DNA from: an uncultured Chthonomonadaceae bacterium
GTDB lineage: Bacteria; Armatimonadota; Chthonomonadetes; Chthonomonadales; Chthonomonadaceae
Assembly: GCA_963817895.1 (NCBI GenBank)
Contig: CAWFQB010000003.1
Location: forward strand, 544,001-608,000
Direction: 5' to 3'
Length of the DNA: 64,000 nt
Positions 51,413 through 63,009 of this stretch are shown in pieces. The translations under genes were made by a program, and so were the position numbers. The number at the start of each line of letters is the position of its first letter. The first letter of the stretch is position 1. A model generated the notes under the pieces. The model worked only from the letters and a program-made list of their open reading frames with translations. It did no database searches and was not told the DNA's origin.

Positions 51413-53257
51413 TCATCTCCGCGTTACCTTTTTTAGCAAACGCTTGACAACGTTGACTTCTTCCATGCGCAGGAGGAGGGCGAGTCCGCCATAAACGACG
51501 ATGCTGAACGGGAGCAGGATTGCCAGCGTAACGGCGGCGTGGCTTCTGCCGTTCTGTTCGGTAGCGTGTTCGAGGTAGCGGAAGTAGAGCGGACGGTACA
51601 GGGCGGTCGTGAGAATAGCCGTGACCATAGACGCGAAGATGATTTTGCTGATGGAGGTTGCCAGTCGCAGGCCGTCCAATCCGTTTAAGCGCTGCCGCAG
51701 CACGACCAGCATACTGACCATGTGGATGGTGGCGGCAATCGTCGTGGCTAAGGCCAATCCCTGAACGCCCATTGCGTTGCGGAGCGGGATATTGAGCGGA
51801 ATGAAGATTACCGTAACCAGTGTGCCGACGATGATGGGCGTTTTGGAATCCTGAAGGGCGTAAAAGCCGCGCGTGATGATGGAGTGGGCCGACCACGCGA
51901 AGATGCCGATGGCGAACCAGCGCAGTATCGAAGTGCAGAGCAGCACGTCTTCCGGCTTGAACTTGCCGGATTGGAACACAAACTGCACGAACGGCTGCGC
52001 CAGCACCCACATCAGAATGGAAGAGGGGATCGTCAGGAAAAGGATGTTGCGGATGCCGTAGTTCACGCTGTCGCGCAGATCGGTCAGGGCATCGGCGGCG
52101 GCTTCCGTCCGTCCCTGTAACTGCGCGTCCTTCATACGGGCGGCGTGTCCGGCCATGACGGGGAGCAGCACAATGGCGGTCGCCTGCGCGAATACGCCGA
52201 GCGGTACCTGCATCAGTTTGTTGGCGTACATCAGGGCGGACACCGCTCCGTCGCCAAGCGAACCGGCGAACATTTTGCCGATGATGGTGCTGACCTGCGG
52301 CAGGGCCAGGCCGAGAATCACGGGCAGCATCAGTTTCCACACCTTGAAAACGCCCGGATGCCGCCAGTGTTTCAGCATCGCGGACGGTAAGTAGTAGCCG
52401 CCGCTTTTGCGCACCAGATACCATTGCAGTATCAGGTTGCCCACAATCGCGCCGGCCATCGCCCCCCAGCACAGGCCCGCGATGCCGATTTTAGGGTTGC
52501 GGGCGACGGTAAGGCCACCCAAAATGATAAACAGGTTGTAAATGAGGGGGCCGAGCGCCTGCCCCCAGGGATTGCCCCGCGCTTGCAGGCTGCCCATCAT
52601 CAGGCCGCCGAGGAAAAAGCAGATTTGACCGGGCAGCACAATGCGGGTAAGATACACCGTATCTCGGATTTTGAACGGCATATCTTCGGCATGCGCCATG
52701 TAATGCAGGCCGGATTTAATCAGAAATCCTACCAACGACAGGCCGTTGATTTCGTTGGGAACGAGGATGCCGCCTTTATACGGTAGGCCGGGTCTGTCAA
52801 TGAAGCCGGACGTGAGCGCGACGAGCGGGGGCGTGAAAATCTCGCTGAATACCACAAAGCCGGTAACAACGATCAGCATCACGGACGCGACCACGCTGAA
52901 TATGCGCCACGCCTCCTTTTCTTTGTTCAGTTCGATGTACTCCCGAAACACGGGAATAAACGCGCCCGACAAGGCTCCGCCCGCAATCAAAAAGAACAGC
53001 AGGTCGGGCAGGGTAAACGCGGCGTTGTACACGTCCGTCTGCGCGGTCTGGCCGAAATAGTGCGTGACAATGGATTCGCGCACCAGGCCAAGAATACGAC
53101 TGAGCAGAATCGCCGCCATCATAATGCCTGCCGCGCCCGCGATACTGTTCTTGCCGGAAGTGGAACCGGAGGGTTTGGAATCGTCATCCATAGGGGTATC
53201 GGTAATATCTTCGTCGCCATCTGAAGGCGCGATGGGAGGGTCAAGAGTGCTGGACAT
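51413..53257 (-). CDS. murJ: lipid II flippase MurJ
   Basis: SRILGLVRE, AF.LPD, GGALS.AFIPVF, YANKLMQVPLGVF, FYALQD.KTP. Confidence 0.93.
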   Translation of the reverse strand: MSSTLDPPIAPSDGDEDITDTPMDDDSKPSGSTSGKNSIAGAAGIMMAAILLSRILGLVRESIVTHYFGQTAQTDVYNAAFTLPDLLFFLIAGGALSGAFIPVFREYIELNKEKEAWRIFSVVASVMLIVVTGFVVFSEIFTPPLVALTSGFIDRPGLPYKGGILVPNEINGLSLVGFLIKSGLHYMAHAEDMPFKIRDTVYLTRIVLPGQICFFLGGLMMGSLQARGNPWGQALGPLIYNLFIILGGLTVARNPKIGIAGLCWGAMAGAIVGNLILQWYLVRKSGGYYLPSAMLKHWRHPGVFKVWKLMLPVILGLALPQVSTIIGKMFAGSLGDGAVSALMYANKLMQVPLGVFAQATAIVLLPVMAGHAARMKDAQLQGRTEAAADALTDLRDSVNYGIRNILFLTIPSSILMWVLAQPFVQFVFQSGKFKPEDVLLCTSILRWFAIGIFAWSAHSIITRGFYALQDSKTPIIVGTLVTVIFIPLNIPLRNAMGVQGLALATTIAATIHMVSMLVVLRQRLNGLDGLRLATSISKIIFASMVTAILTTALYRPLYFRYLEHATEQNGRSHAAVTLAILLPFSIVVYGGLALLLRMEEVNVVKRLLKKVTRR

Positions 53258-53347
53258 AATACTCTCATTGTAGCACAAGGTTGCATTGAGGCGCGAATCG
53301 CAGCGCTTTCGCGCATTGCGTTGCGCGTCTGGTATAATCCCCATACT

Positions 53348-55890
53348 ATGTCACATTTAGAATCTGAAGCTACTCCCGAAGCTGTTCAGGAAGAAAACGC
53401 CGTTGACCTGGAAACCCGCGTTCCGCCGCCCATTGACGAGGAGGACGATCTGCCCTCGCCGTATGACGTGGATTTTGAACCGCTAACCACCAACCACCGG
53501 CCACCAACTTCGCATGACGCGGATTTCGACGCGCCGGAAGAAACGCCTTTTGAGGCCGACTTTGAAACCGAGTTGGCGCGGGCGCGGCAGCAGGAGCAAA
53601 CGCCCGCTGTAGAAGTGGAACACGCGCCCGCCCATGTTGTCACCAGTGATGAAGCCCTGTTCGGACTGGACCCCACTACCAATATTGTGGCTGTGGAACC
53701 GGACTATATGCAGGGCGCGTGGCTGTATCGGCGTGAAGGAACCAAAGTTCGGCGCGAATTTGTGCCGTTCAAGCCCTGGATACTGCTGACGGCAATCCCC
53801 TCCTTTCCGCTGCCGGAAGTGAATTATATCGAACTGGACGGAACCGGCTACAACATTCTGGCGGAATTCCACTCGCAGCAGGCGTATCAGGAGGGCCGGT
53901 TTCGGGTTCGTGAGGCGCACCTGTCCAACCTCACCTATCCCGGTGGCGCGAAAATGGCGCTGATTCGTCTGGGCATGACGCTGTTCAAAGGCATGACGTT
54001 TGAAGACGTGGTTCGGATGCAATTCGACCTCGAAACAATGGGCCTGAATCCCGAACCGGACGAGAACAAAATTCTGATGATCGCCGTGTCGGACAATCGC
54101 GGTCTGGTGGACATCATTGAAGGCGATGAAAAAGAGATATTGGAGCGGTTTGTCGCGCTTGTGAATGACCGTGACCCGGACGTGTTGGAGGGGCATAACG
54201 TATACGGCTTCGATCTGCCGTACCTCCTGACGCGGGCGGAAAAGTTGGGCGTCCGGCTGAAACTGGGACGCGACGGCAGCGAACCGCGCAAAGGCATGGA
54301 GCGCAATTACGCCATTGCCGCCGGGGGCAACACGCGCCCGTTCACGCCCGTTTACATTCATGGCCGGCACGTCGTGGACACCTATCTTGTCGTGCAGCGG
54401 TTCGATTGGGCGAAGCAGGCTTTAACCAGTTACGGCCTGAAGGAGTGCGCCCGCGTGTTCGGGTTCGCGGACGCGGATCGAGTGGAACTGCCCCGCGAAC
54501 GGATTACGGAAATTTATCGCGACGACCCGGAACTGGTGAAAACGTATGCGCGGCAGGACGTGATCGAAACCCAAAAACTGGCGGAACTGATTTCGCCCGT
54601 CGAGTTTTATCAGGCGCAGATGGTTCCCGACAACTACGGGCAGGTGATTGTTACCGGCAACGGCGAGAAAATCAACGCCATTTTTGTGCGCGCCTATCTT
54701 GCCGCAGGCAAAGCCATTTCCCGCTCGCAGGCTCCGGTTCCATACGAGGGCGGCTATGCCGACGTGCGCGAAAAGGGCGTCCTGAATCGCATCGTTAAAG
54801 CCGACGTGGAGAGCCTGTACCCCAGCCTGATGCTCACCCACAACATCGCCCCTATCGGCGACACCCTGGGCATCTTCCTCCCCTCCCTCCGCGACCTGAC
54901 CCGCCGCCGTCTGGAAGCGAAGAAGAAAGCGTCTGAGGCGGAGGAAGAAAAAGGAGAAAAGGAGAAAAGGAGAAGAGGAGATACAAGAAGGAGAAGGATT
55001 CATCCCTCATCCCTCATCCTTCATCCTTTGCCAGCTACTGGGACGGCTTGCAGGGATCGTTCAAGGTGCTGATAAACTCGTTCTACGGGTATGTGGGCGG
55101 GCCGTTCAACTTCAACGATTATGAGGCGGCGCGGCGGGTCACGGAGTTGGGGCGCGAACTGGTCAAACTGGTGGCCGAGCGATTGACGGCTACGGGCAGT
55201 CTGGTGATTGAGATTGATACGGACGGCGTGTACTACGTGCCGCCGGACGGGGTGGAGGGCGAAGCGGCGGAGCGGGCGCATGTGGCGGAAATCGGTTCCG
55301 CCCTACCGGAAGGGATTCGGCTGGCGTTTGACGGACGCTTTGCCACCATGCTGTCGCTGAAAACCAAAAATTATGTGCTTGTCACATACGAGGGCCGCAA
55401 AATCTTCAAGGGCGCGTCCCTGCGTTCGCGGGCGGACGAAAAATTCGGGCGGCGATTTCTCGCGCAGGCGATAGACTGCCTGTTGGAACACGACTTCGAG
55501 GGCGCAAAGCAGTTGTACGAGCAGCTTATTGACGATCTGCTGAACAAGCGTATTCCGATTGAAGATTTGGCGCGGCGGGAGCGCGTGACGGAGAAAACGT
55601 TCAGCAGCGACAGCAAAAAACGCTCCAAAGAGGTGGCGGCAGGCGTCCCCATTGGCGAACACGTGCTGGTGTATGAGAAGACAGATGGCAGTCTGGGCCT
55701 GCTGGCGAATTACAGAGGGGATGAAAACCCTAAATACTACATGGACAAACTGTATAAATTCGCGAAACGGCTGGAGGATGCGTTCAAAGACAGCCATCTG
55801 GCGAAAAGCGCGTTCGAGCAGTATATTGTCAAGCCAACCGCGCAGGGTATCCCCCGGAAAGTGCAGGAGACGCTCGATTTGTTCGGATAA
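53348..55890 (+). CDS. family B DNA polymerase with 3'-5' exonuclease (frameshift within repeat insertion ~54950-55030)
   Basis: FDLET, GHN..GFDLPYL, Y...D, DVESLYPS, KVLINSFYG, DTDG, KNY, KG. Confidence 0.9.
54947..55027 (+). repeat. composite octamer/heptamer cassette inside PolB
   Basis: (AGAAAAGG)x2-3 + AGAAGAGG, then (TCATCCC/T)x4; 54951-54980 identical to 25773-25802. Confidence 0.85.
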
Positions 55891-56096
55891 GCGTGGTATA
55901 CGGCAACAATTCCCAAAATGCGCGGGCAATTAAATTATTTTTCTAAAAACTGAAATATTTTGCAGGAGAACCCGGAAGACAACGCGAATCAGGGATATAC
56001 TGCTAAAATAGTGTGTACGCGGGCTAAATGTTGTTCAAACGCCGAATGTCCGCTTTTTTCATGCCTGCGCTTTTCTTCGCTGAAGAGGAGGAATCC

Positions 56097-58463
56097 TTGG
56101 AACTACGTCCTATCGGGTGCGGTCAGCGCCGCATCGCCATCCGCCAGTTGTGTGTCGGTTTCGCTGCTGTTTGCTCACTTGCCATTCTCTCTTTATCCGC
56201 CAATGCCCAGACTCCCACTCGACGGCTACCGGGCAGTATTTCGCCCCTGCTCCAGCAAGCCCGTCTTGCGGGGAAGCCACAGCCCGCGGAAACTATCCAA
56301 CTCTCGCTCTCATTCCCGCTGCGCAATCAGGCGCAGCTTGAGACGCAACTGCAAAAAGTTTATGACCCGAATGATCCGCTTTTCGGCCACTATTTGACCA
56401 GCGCCGAATTTACGGCGCAGTATGGGCCGACACAGGCGGATTACGACGCGGTTTCCGCGTATGTCCGCGCGCATGGGCTGACCATCATCAATACCACGCC
56501 CAGCCGCGCCCTTTTGGGTGTGGAGGGTAGCGTACAGCAGATTCAGGCCGCATTCGGCGTGACGCTGAAGCAGTATCAGCTTGCGGATGGACGTGTCGTT
56601 CGCGCGCCCAGCGCAGACCCCGTTTTGCCTGCCGCCATCGCCGACAAGTTGGAAGGCATCATCGGCCTTGACAATGCCCCTGTGATCAAGTCGTTTTCCC
56701 ACATCAAACCCGCCGATCCCCTGGGCTTCCTCAATCCCGCGCCCGCCCTAAATTCGCCCTTTTCAGGCGTGTTGGGAGCGCCACCCGCCGGAGGCTCATC
56801 CCCCGGTGGAGGATCGCCGATTCGCCCCAATGCCACAGGCAGCGGACCGGGCAACGGGTATACCCCGGACGACATCAAGACCGTTTACAACTTTGTCGGC
56901 ACACCGCTGACGGGAGCGGGGCAAACCCTGGCCGTGTTTGAGCTGGATGGCTACACGCCCGAAGACATTCAGATCTATGAAGGCTACTACGGCCTGCCCG
57001 ATGTGCCATTGCAAAACATTCTCGTGGATGGCTACAGTGGGGCGCCGAGCGGGGGCGGGGGAGCCGTGGAAGTGACGCTGGACATCCAGCTGCAAATCGC
57101 CCTCGCGCCCGGCATTAACAAAATTCTCGTGTACGAAGCGCCCCCCGCGCTCAGAAGCTTTGTGGATCTTTACAACCGGATAGCCACCGATAACCTTGCC
57201 AAAAACATCAGCACCAGTTGGGGAGTAAATGAGATCGGCGCCTCGTCCTCCATGCTCAACTCGGAAAACACCGCTTTCCGACGAATGGCAATGCAGGGGC
57301 AGACCATTTTCGCCGCATCGGGCGACAGCGGCTCGAAAGCGGACGGGACCAATCTGGGGCCGACGGACCCCAGTACCCAGCCCTGGATAACCGGCGTTGG
57401 CGGCACGACCCTGAACACCCTGACAACGAGGGACCCGTTGGTCCCGATGTCAGGCATGCGCAGCACGGAAGTCGCCTGGAGCGGCAGCGGCGGCGGCATC
57501 AGCACGGTCTGGCCCATACCCTCCTACCAGTCGGCCGCCTACCGGCCGTCGCCTGCCTATCCATTGGGATTTATCACCAATGCGGCGCTAGGTTCCAAAA
57601 CCATGCGCAACGCGCCCGATATTGCCCTGAACGCCGATGGGAACACCGGCTACTCCATCGTCTTCGGGGGCAACTTTTACATAGCGGGCGGCACAAGCTG
57701 CGCTTCGCCCCTGTGGGCGGCGGTGGCCGCGCTTTCCAATCAGCAGCGCGTGGCGTTGAACAAGCCCACACTCGGGTTTTTCAACGCTTATGCCTACCGG
57801 CTTGCCACCAGCAGCCCCGTGACGTATGCCAATGATTTCTTCGACATCATTTCCGGCAACAACGGCAGCCCGTTCTACCCGGCTGTCGCCAGTTATGATC
57901 TGGCGACGGGATTGGGAAGCATCAATAACGGCCTCCTTCTGCTTACGGACCTGAATAGCATCACGATCCCGCCGCCCGCGCCGCCCGTGGAACTGCTCGT
58001 CAATGGCGGCTTTGAGAACGGAGCCAAAAAGCCGCAGCCCTGGATCGCCACCCTGAGCGTTATCAACAACTTCGGCCAGGAAGCCCCGGCTGAAGGTCTG
58101 TGGAAAGCCTGGCTGTGCGGCTATGGCGCTCCTCATACCGACACACTGAAGTACCCGTCCGTAACCATTCCGTCTACGGTGAATTCGGCCACTCTCAGCT
58201 TCGCGCTGCACATAGACTCGCAGGAAGACCCGTTAGGTCCTGCCTACGATACCATGCAGGTTCAGCTTCTCAAAGCGGATGGCACGTTGTTGAAAAGACT
58301 GGCGACCTACAGCAACGTGAATTTCAACACCGGCTTTGTGATGAAGTCGTTCGATGTCACGGCGTACAAAGGGCAGACGCTCCAGATATACCTCACGGCA
58401 ACCGAAGATGGCACTCTGGGAACCAACTTCGTCGTAGACGCGTTCTCGCTGCAAACGCAGTAA
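56097..58463 (+). CDS. S53 (sedolisin/kumamolisin) peptidase with prodomain and C-terminal jelly-roll domain
   Basis: GAGGAGG RBS + TTG; prodomain YLT..EF...YGP; EVTLD, SGDSG, GGTSCASP, YDLATGLGS; NGGFE domain. Confidence 0.9.
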   Translation: MELRPIGCGQRRIAIRQLCVGFAAVCSLAILSLSANAQTPTRRLPGSISPLLQQARLAGKPQPAETIQLSLSFPLRNQAQLETQLQKVYDPNDPLFGHYLTSAEFTAQYGPTQADYDAVSAYVRAHGLTIINTTPSRALLGVEGSVQQIQAAFGVTLKQYQLADGRVVRAPSADPVLPAAIADKLEGIIGLDNAPVIKSFSHIKPADPLGFLNPAPALNSPFSGVLGAPPAGGSSPGGGSPIRPNATGSGPGNGYTPDDIKTVYNFVGTPLTGAGQTLAVFELDGYTPEDIQIYEGYYGLPDVPLQNILVDGYSGAPSGGGGAVEVTLDIQLQIALAPGINKILVYEAPPALRSFVDLYNRIATDNLAKNISTSWGVNEIGASSSMLNSENTAFRRMAMQGQTIFAASGDSGSKADGTNLGPTDPSTQPWITGVGGTTLNTLTTRDPLVPMSGMRSTEVAWSGSGGGISTVWPIPSYQSAAYRPSPAYPLGFITNAALGSKTMRNAPDIALNADGNTGYSIVFGGNFYIAGGTSCASPLWAAVAALSNQQRVALNKPTLGFFNAYAYRLATSSPVTYANDFFDIISGNNGSPFYPAVASYDLATGLGSINNGLLLLTDLNSITIPPPAPPVELLVNGGFENGAKKPQPWIATLSVINNFGQEAPAEGLWKAWLCGYGAPHTDTLKYPSVTIPSTVNSATLSFALHIDSQEDPLGPAYDTMQVQLLKADGTLLKRLATYSNVNFNTGFVMKSFDVTAYKGQTLQIYLTATEDGTLGTNFVVDAFSLQTQ

Positions 58464-58469
58464 TCTATG

Positions 58470-58513
58470 CGCCGCCCCGGTTCCATTCTCATTGTAGTGA
58501 AACCGGGGCGGCG
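58470..58513 (+). terminator. hairpin after S53 gene
   Basis: CGCCGCCCCGGTT / AACCGGGGCGGCG. Confidence 0.55.
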
Positions 58514-58819
58514 AAACCTTCCACACAGGGTCGGGCAGTACGCGAAAACTGTCCGACCCTTACCTCTGCCAGGTTGCAGAATAAATTTTACAGACAGGCA
58601 GGAAAAACACGACATGCGGCGAATATATCAGGTAGAATATCTGAGTATTTTGCCCGATTGCCTCTCCTTTTACAGGCGTGAAGCCACCTCCCCCGGTGAA
58701 ATCGGCAAATAGTCTCTCCCTTGATCATTTCTGAACGTTTCGTCGCTATATTTCTTCTGCCCTGTGTCACTGTTCGCAATCGGATGCAGTGATAAATGCG
58801 CGAAAGGACTTCATCGCTG

Positions 58820-61800
58820 ATGCACTTCTCTGGTTCTAATCGTAGAAAATTTTTAAGCGCCGCCATGCTGGGCGTTCTTGGCCTGGCAATTATGCCGTCG
58901 CTGGCCCAAAATGCGCAAACAGGCGCTAAACCTCTGGGGGTTTCGGGCGGTAGCCTGCCGATTGGCGGTGGCGGCGGTTTGCCGATTGGCGGTGGCGGCG
59001 GTTTGCCGATTGGCGGCGGGCAGCCCAATGTTCCCCAGGTACCCATTCCGCGCTGGAGTTCCTCCGCCCCACGCCGCCCTGCGCACGCGCGCCGCAATTG
59101 CCGCTTATGCCGCCAAAGTGCGGCAAGCGCCGCGTCCACCCAAAAAAGTAAGTCTGCGCGCCGCAATGAAGCACATCTCGATTATGCCCGTGTTCGGCGA
59201 AGGCAATGGCGGTGGCGGGTTTGGCTCGATGGGGATAATACATGGCAACAACGCGGGCAACAGCGCCGTGCAAAGCCTGCTGGCTCCGCCGGCCGAGTTC
59301 CATCCGTTTGCCATTTATATTCCTCCGGTCCCACCCACGCCGCCGATTTCCACCTGGACAAATATCGGGCCGATTCCGCTTCAGCCCTACGCCCAGACCT
59401 ACTTTGGCCCGAGTTTCGTGACGGGCCGCATCAACGCTCTGGTATTTGACCCGACCAATTCCAACATCGAATATGTTGCCGCGCCCGTCGGCGGAATCTG
59501 GAAAACAGTGAACTCCGGGCAAACGTGGATTCCGATTACGGACACATTGCCGACCCAGTCTTTTTCCAGCATCACCGTTGATCCGAACAATCACAATACT
59601 CTGTATGCCGGATCGGGCGATTACGATGGCGTTGATGAAACCGGCGCCGGACTGTTCCGTTCGCAGGATGGCGGCGTGACCTGGACGAACCTGGACCCCA
59701 ATGGAACCATTTTCACTGACCATGCGATCCGCTCCGTGCTAATTGACCCAACCAATGCCAATCATGTGCTCGTGGCGGTAGGACGCAACGGCAACTTCGA
59801 CTCCACGACGGATGGCGGCGTCCTGCTCAGCACCAACGCGACAAGCGCCACCCCGACCTTTACCTCGGTACTGAACCCGGGTGGACAGCCGCTGGACGGC
59901 AACTGCCACACCCTGGTTTACAATGCTGACCATAGCATTGTCTACGCCGCCTGCGAGTCCGTTGATACGCTGTTTTTCGGCTCTATCGGCTCGGGAATTT
60001 TTGCTTCCAGAGACAATGGCGCGACCTGGACGCTGGCGCTTGCCACGGAACTTTACACGGATGTCGCCGCTTCGACGGTAAATGGGAGAGGCGTAAACAC
60101 CGTATATGCGGCGGACGGTCTCAGCAACCAGGTTCTTAAAAGCGTGAACGGTGGGGCAACGTGGATTGATGTTACCAACAACTTCCCGCAGGCGATTAAT
60201 CCGCAGGACGGCAGTGATGGCGTCTGGGGCCAGTCTTTTTACGACTTTTACATCGCTACGGCGCAGCGTCCCGGCAACCTGCCGGGAGATATCACGTCCC
60301 CGGTGGATGTGGTGTACGTCGGCCTGAAAGATGTTTATCAGTCTTCCGATGCGGGCCAGACATGGGGCGCGGTTGGACAGGTCAGCGTGGCTCCCAACTT
60401 TACGTTCAACGACCAGATGCACACCGACCAACACGGCATCGGCATTGACCCCAACGACAACAACAATGTGCTGATGGGCAATGATGGCGGCGTGTACCGA
60501 CTCCGCTATACGCCCGAAGTCAGCGGCTATGCGATTTCCGATCTGAACGCATCGCTGTGCGTGACCGAGTTCTACCAGACAGTATTCCACCCGACTTCTG
60601 CCGACACTATTCTGGGCGGTACGCAGGATAACGGCACAAATTACTCGTTCGGCAGCCTGCGCGGATTTCGGGGAGTGACGGGCGGCGACGGCGGCGGCGT
60701 TGCCATCAACGCGGTGACGCCCTCCACCATGTACTCGTGCTATCCGGGCGGCCCTCAGACCATCAACGTGAATCTGACGGATAACAACTGGCAAACGGTG
60801 ACATCTATCAGTCACAATGTCGGTATGGAAAACACGCCGTTCGTGCAGGTTATCGCCCTCGATCCTCAAAACTACGACCACCTGTACGCGGGCAGCAACA
60901 ACCTGTGGCTGTACGACCATGTCGCCAAAAGCTGGACGGAGATTCTGGATGAGGCCGGCGGCTTTAAGCCACTGACCGGCGGAACTGTATCGGCAATCGC
61001 GCCCTCCGGTATTCCGGCGCAGGGCTTCGAGCCGATAGTTTATGTGGGTACAAGCACCGGCGAGGTCTATACGTACATCCCGGCCGGCGACAACCCGACC
61101 ACCGCGTACACAATTGAGAAACTGATTACATTTCGTGGTAGCATTAGCAGCATCACGGTTAGCAAGGTCAACTCGCGCCGTATCTTCGTGACGACTACTG
61201 CGGGCGAAGTGTATCGCTGCAACGACGCGATCAATACCAATACGTTTGTAGACATTACGGGGGCCGGACAGGTGACGGACCCGACGCACCTGCCGGTACT
61301 GCTGCCGGTCAATACCCTCGCCATTGGAGCGCAGGATGATGAGCAGTTGCTGTTTGTCGGCACGGATCTGGGCGTTTTCGCGTCCAACGACGGTGGACAG
61401 ACGTGGGGAACTTACTCCACTTCCCCGGCAAATCCGACTGTTCTCGACACCATCCTGCCCCTGACCAAAGTAACCAACCTGGATGTCAACGCTTCCACAG
61501 GTTATCTCGCGGCGGGAACCTTCGGACGCGGTATCTGGCGTACCCCAATTCTCAATAAAGTAACGGTTCACTACATTCCGCAATGGCAGAACTATCGCGG
61601 CAGCAAGAACAACGTGCCTGTTACCGTAGAAGTGCGCCGTCCCGGTACACCTAACACGTCCATTCCGGTGGAAACCAAAACCGTGTTCACTAACAATGCC
61701 GGAGCGTTCGATGTTGTTCTGAACTCGCGCGGACACTATGACATCTACATCAAAATTCCGCGCTTCCTGCGGAAGAAGTACTCCAACATCCTGACAACCA

Positions 61801-61997
61801 CACAACCCACACTGTCGCCGCTGTTGTACATCGGTGACGTGGACAATGATAACGCCGTCACACAGACGGATCTGGCTGCGATTCGCAATAGCCTGGGCGC
61901 GTATACCACCGGGCTGGTGGATGTGGATGGCGACGGGCGCGTTACCTCCAATGACTACAACATCGCCGCGCAGAACGTTGGACGTCAGGGGGACTAG
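58820..61997 (+). CDS. Tat-exported BNR/Asp-box beta-propeller protein with C-terminal dockerin-like domain (frameshift near 59045)
   Basis: NRRKFL twin-arginine signal; S.DGG.TW repeats; H.DQH, GGTQDNG, GGDG, GTFGRGIW; GDVDNDN..T.TD / DVDGDG.V...D. Confidence 0.85.
58956..59020 (+). repeat. 24-bp coding tandem repeat (LPIGGGGG) x~2.7
   Basis: TGCCGATTGGCGG at 58956, 58980, 59004. Confidence 0.85.
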
Positions 61998-62012
61998 CGC
62001 CTGTAACAATGG

Positions 62013-62213
62013 CCCTTAACCCCTAACCCCTGCTCCCAACTTTGGGAGCAGGGAAATCTATCAGGCAACAGCAGAACCTTTGCTGTTGCCTGAAATAATG
62101 GCTTGATGATCCGGCAGAACGCCCCTGCTTCCACTTGTTATGGAAGCAGGGGCGTTCTCTTTTGCGAGGGCAGCCCTCATCCCCGGCCCTTCTCCCAAAA
62201 TTGGGAGAAGGGC
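62013..62213. repeat. cluster of four palindromes between convergent genes
   Basis: CCCTGCTCCCAA/TTGGGAGCAGGG; TCAGGCAACAGCA/TGCTGTTGCCTGA; AGAACGCCCCTGCTTCCA/TGGAAGCAGGGGCGTTCT; GCCCTTCTCCCAA/TTGGGAGAAGGGC. Confidence 0.8.
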
Positions 62214-62256
62214 GTAATTTAGAAAAGAGTGGATTTTGGGGCGCGTTTGGCTTCGA

Positions 62257-62889
62257 TCACTTTTTTGCGGGCGGAAGCGATGTCGTCGACCAGGGAGCGG
62301 CGGGCGGCTTCGTAGGCTTCGCCCTCCAGACGCAGGATATAAGCGGGATGCCAGGCGGCCATCGCGAAATGGGCGTAGCGGGTTTCAAACCAGCTGGCCG
62401 CGCTCCTGCTTCATTTTGAAACCTTTGTGGATAATCGCGCTGGCGGCGGGCGCTCCCAGACATAAAATCACAAGCGGCTGAATGATTTCGATGGTCTGTT
62501 CCAGCCAGGTGGAGCAGGCGCGGGTTTCGTCGGGCGTGGGCGGGCGATTGTTGACGCGTCCGGCTTCCACAAGGGTAGGGCGGCAGCGCACGACATTGGT
62601 GATATAGACATGCTTGCGCGTAATGCCGTTTTCGCGCAGGCACTGATCGAGCAATGCTGCCTGCGCGTCCCACAAACGGCTTGCCCGTCGCGTCCTCGTT
62701 CTGTCCCGGCCCTTCGCCGATGAGCATCAGGGGCGCTTCCGGGTTGCCGTCGCCGAACACGACATTGGCGCGGGTTTGTGCGAGATCGCAGGCCACGCAG
62801 ATCGAAGCCCGCTCCGCAACACGCGCCAGGCGAATCGGTCTTGCTTTCCGCAGGTTCGCCATTTCTCCAGCGGGAGTTGCTTCTGACAT
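62257..62889 (-). CDS. uracil-DNA glycosylase family 4 (multiple frameshifts)
   Basis: [43 protein letters not shown]. Confidence 0.85.
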   Translation of the reverse strand: MSEATPAGEMANLRKARPIRLARVAERASICVACDLAQTRANVVFGDGNPEAPLMLIGEGPGQNEDATGKPFVGRAGSIARSVPARKRHYAQACLYHQCRALPPYPCGSRTRQQSPAHARRNPRLLHLAGTDHRNHSAACDFMSGSARRQRDYPQRFQNEAGARPAGLKPATPISRWPPGIPLISCVWRAKPTKPPAAPWSTTSLPPAKK

Positions 62890-63009
62890 TGCTATCAGGC
62901 CTTGCATAATGTGTCCAGGGATCTGACAATCCCTGTCTGCGACAAAACAATCTGTCCTTCGGACGTCGGTGAATCGTTCGCAATAATTGAGTCTGTCGTC
63001 CGTAGGACG

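Noticed and set aside
20632..55027. Repeat cassettes as CRISPR arrays, introns or inteins
   Set aside because: No repeat-spacer structure, no cas genes, and no intein (C...HN) or group I/II intron hallmarks
59739..62009. 756-aa minus-strand ORF and other long antisense ORFs (e.g. 9616-10839, 21291-22502, 4413-5483)
   Set aside because: Shadow frames of well-supported genes in GC-rich DNA; no motifs
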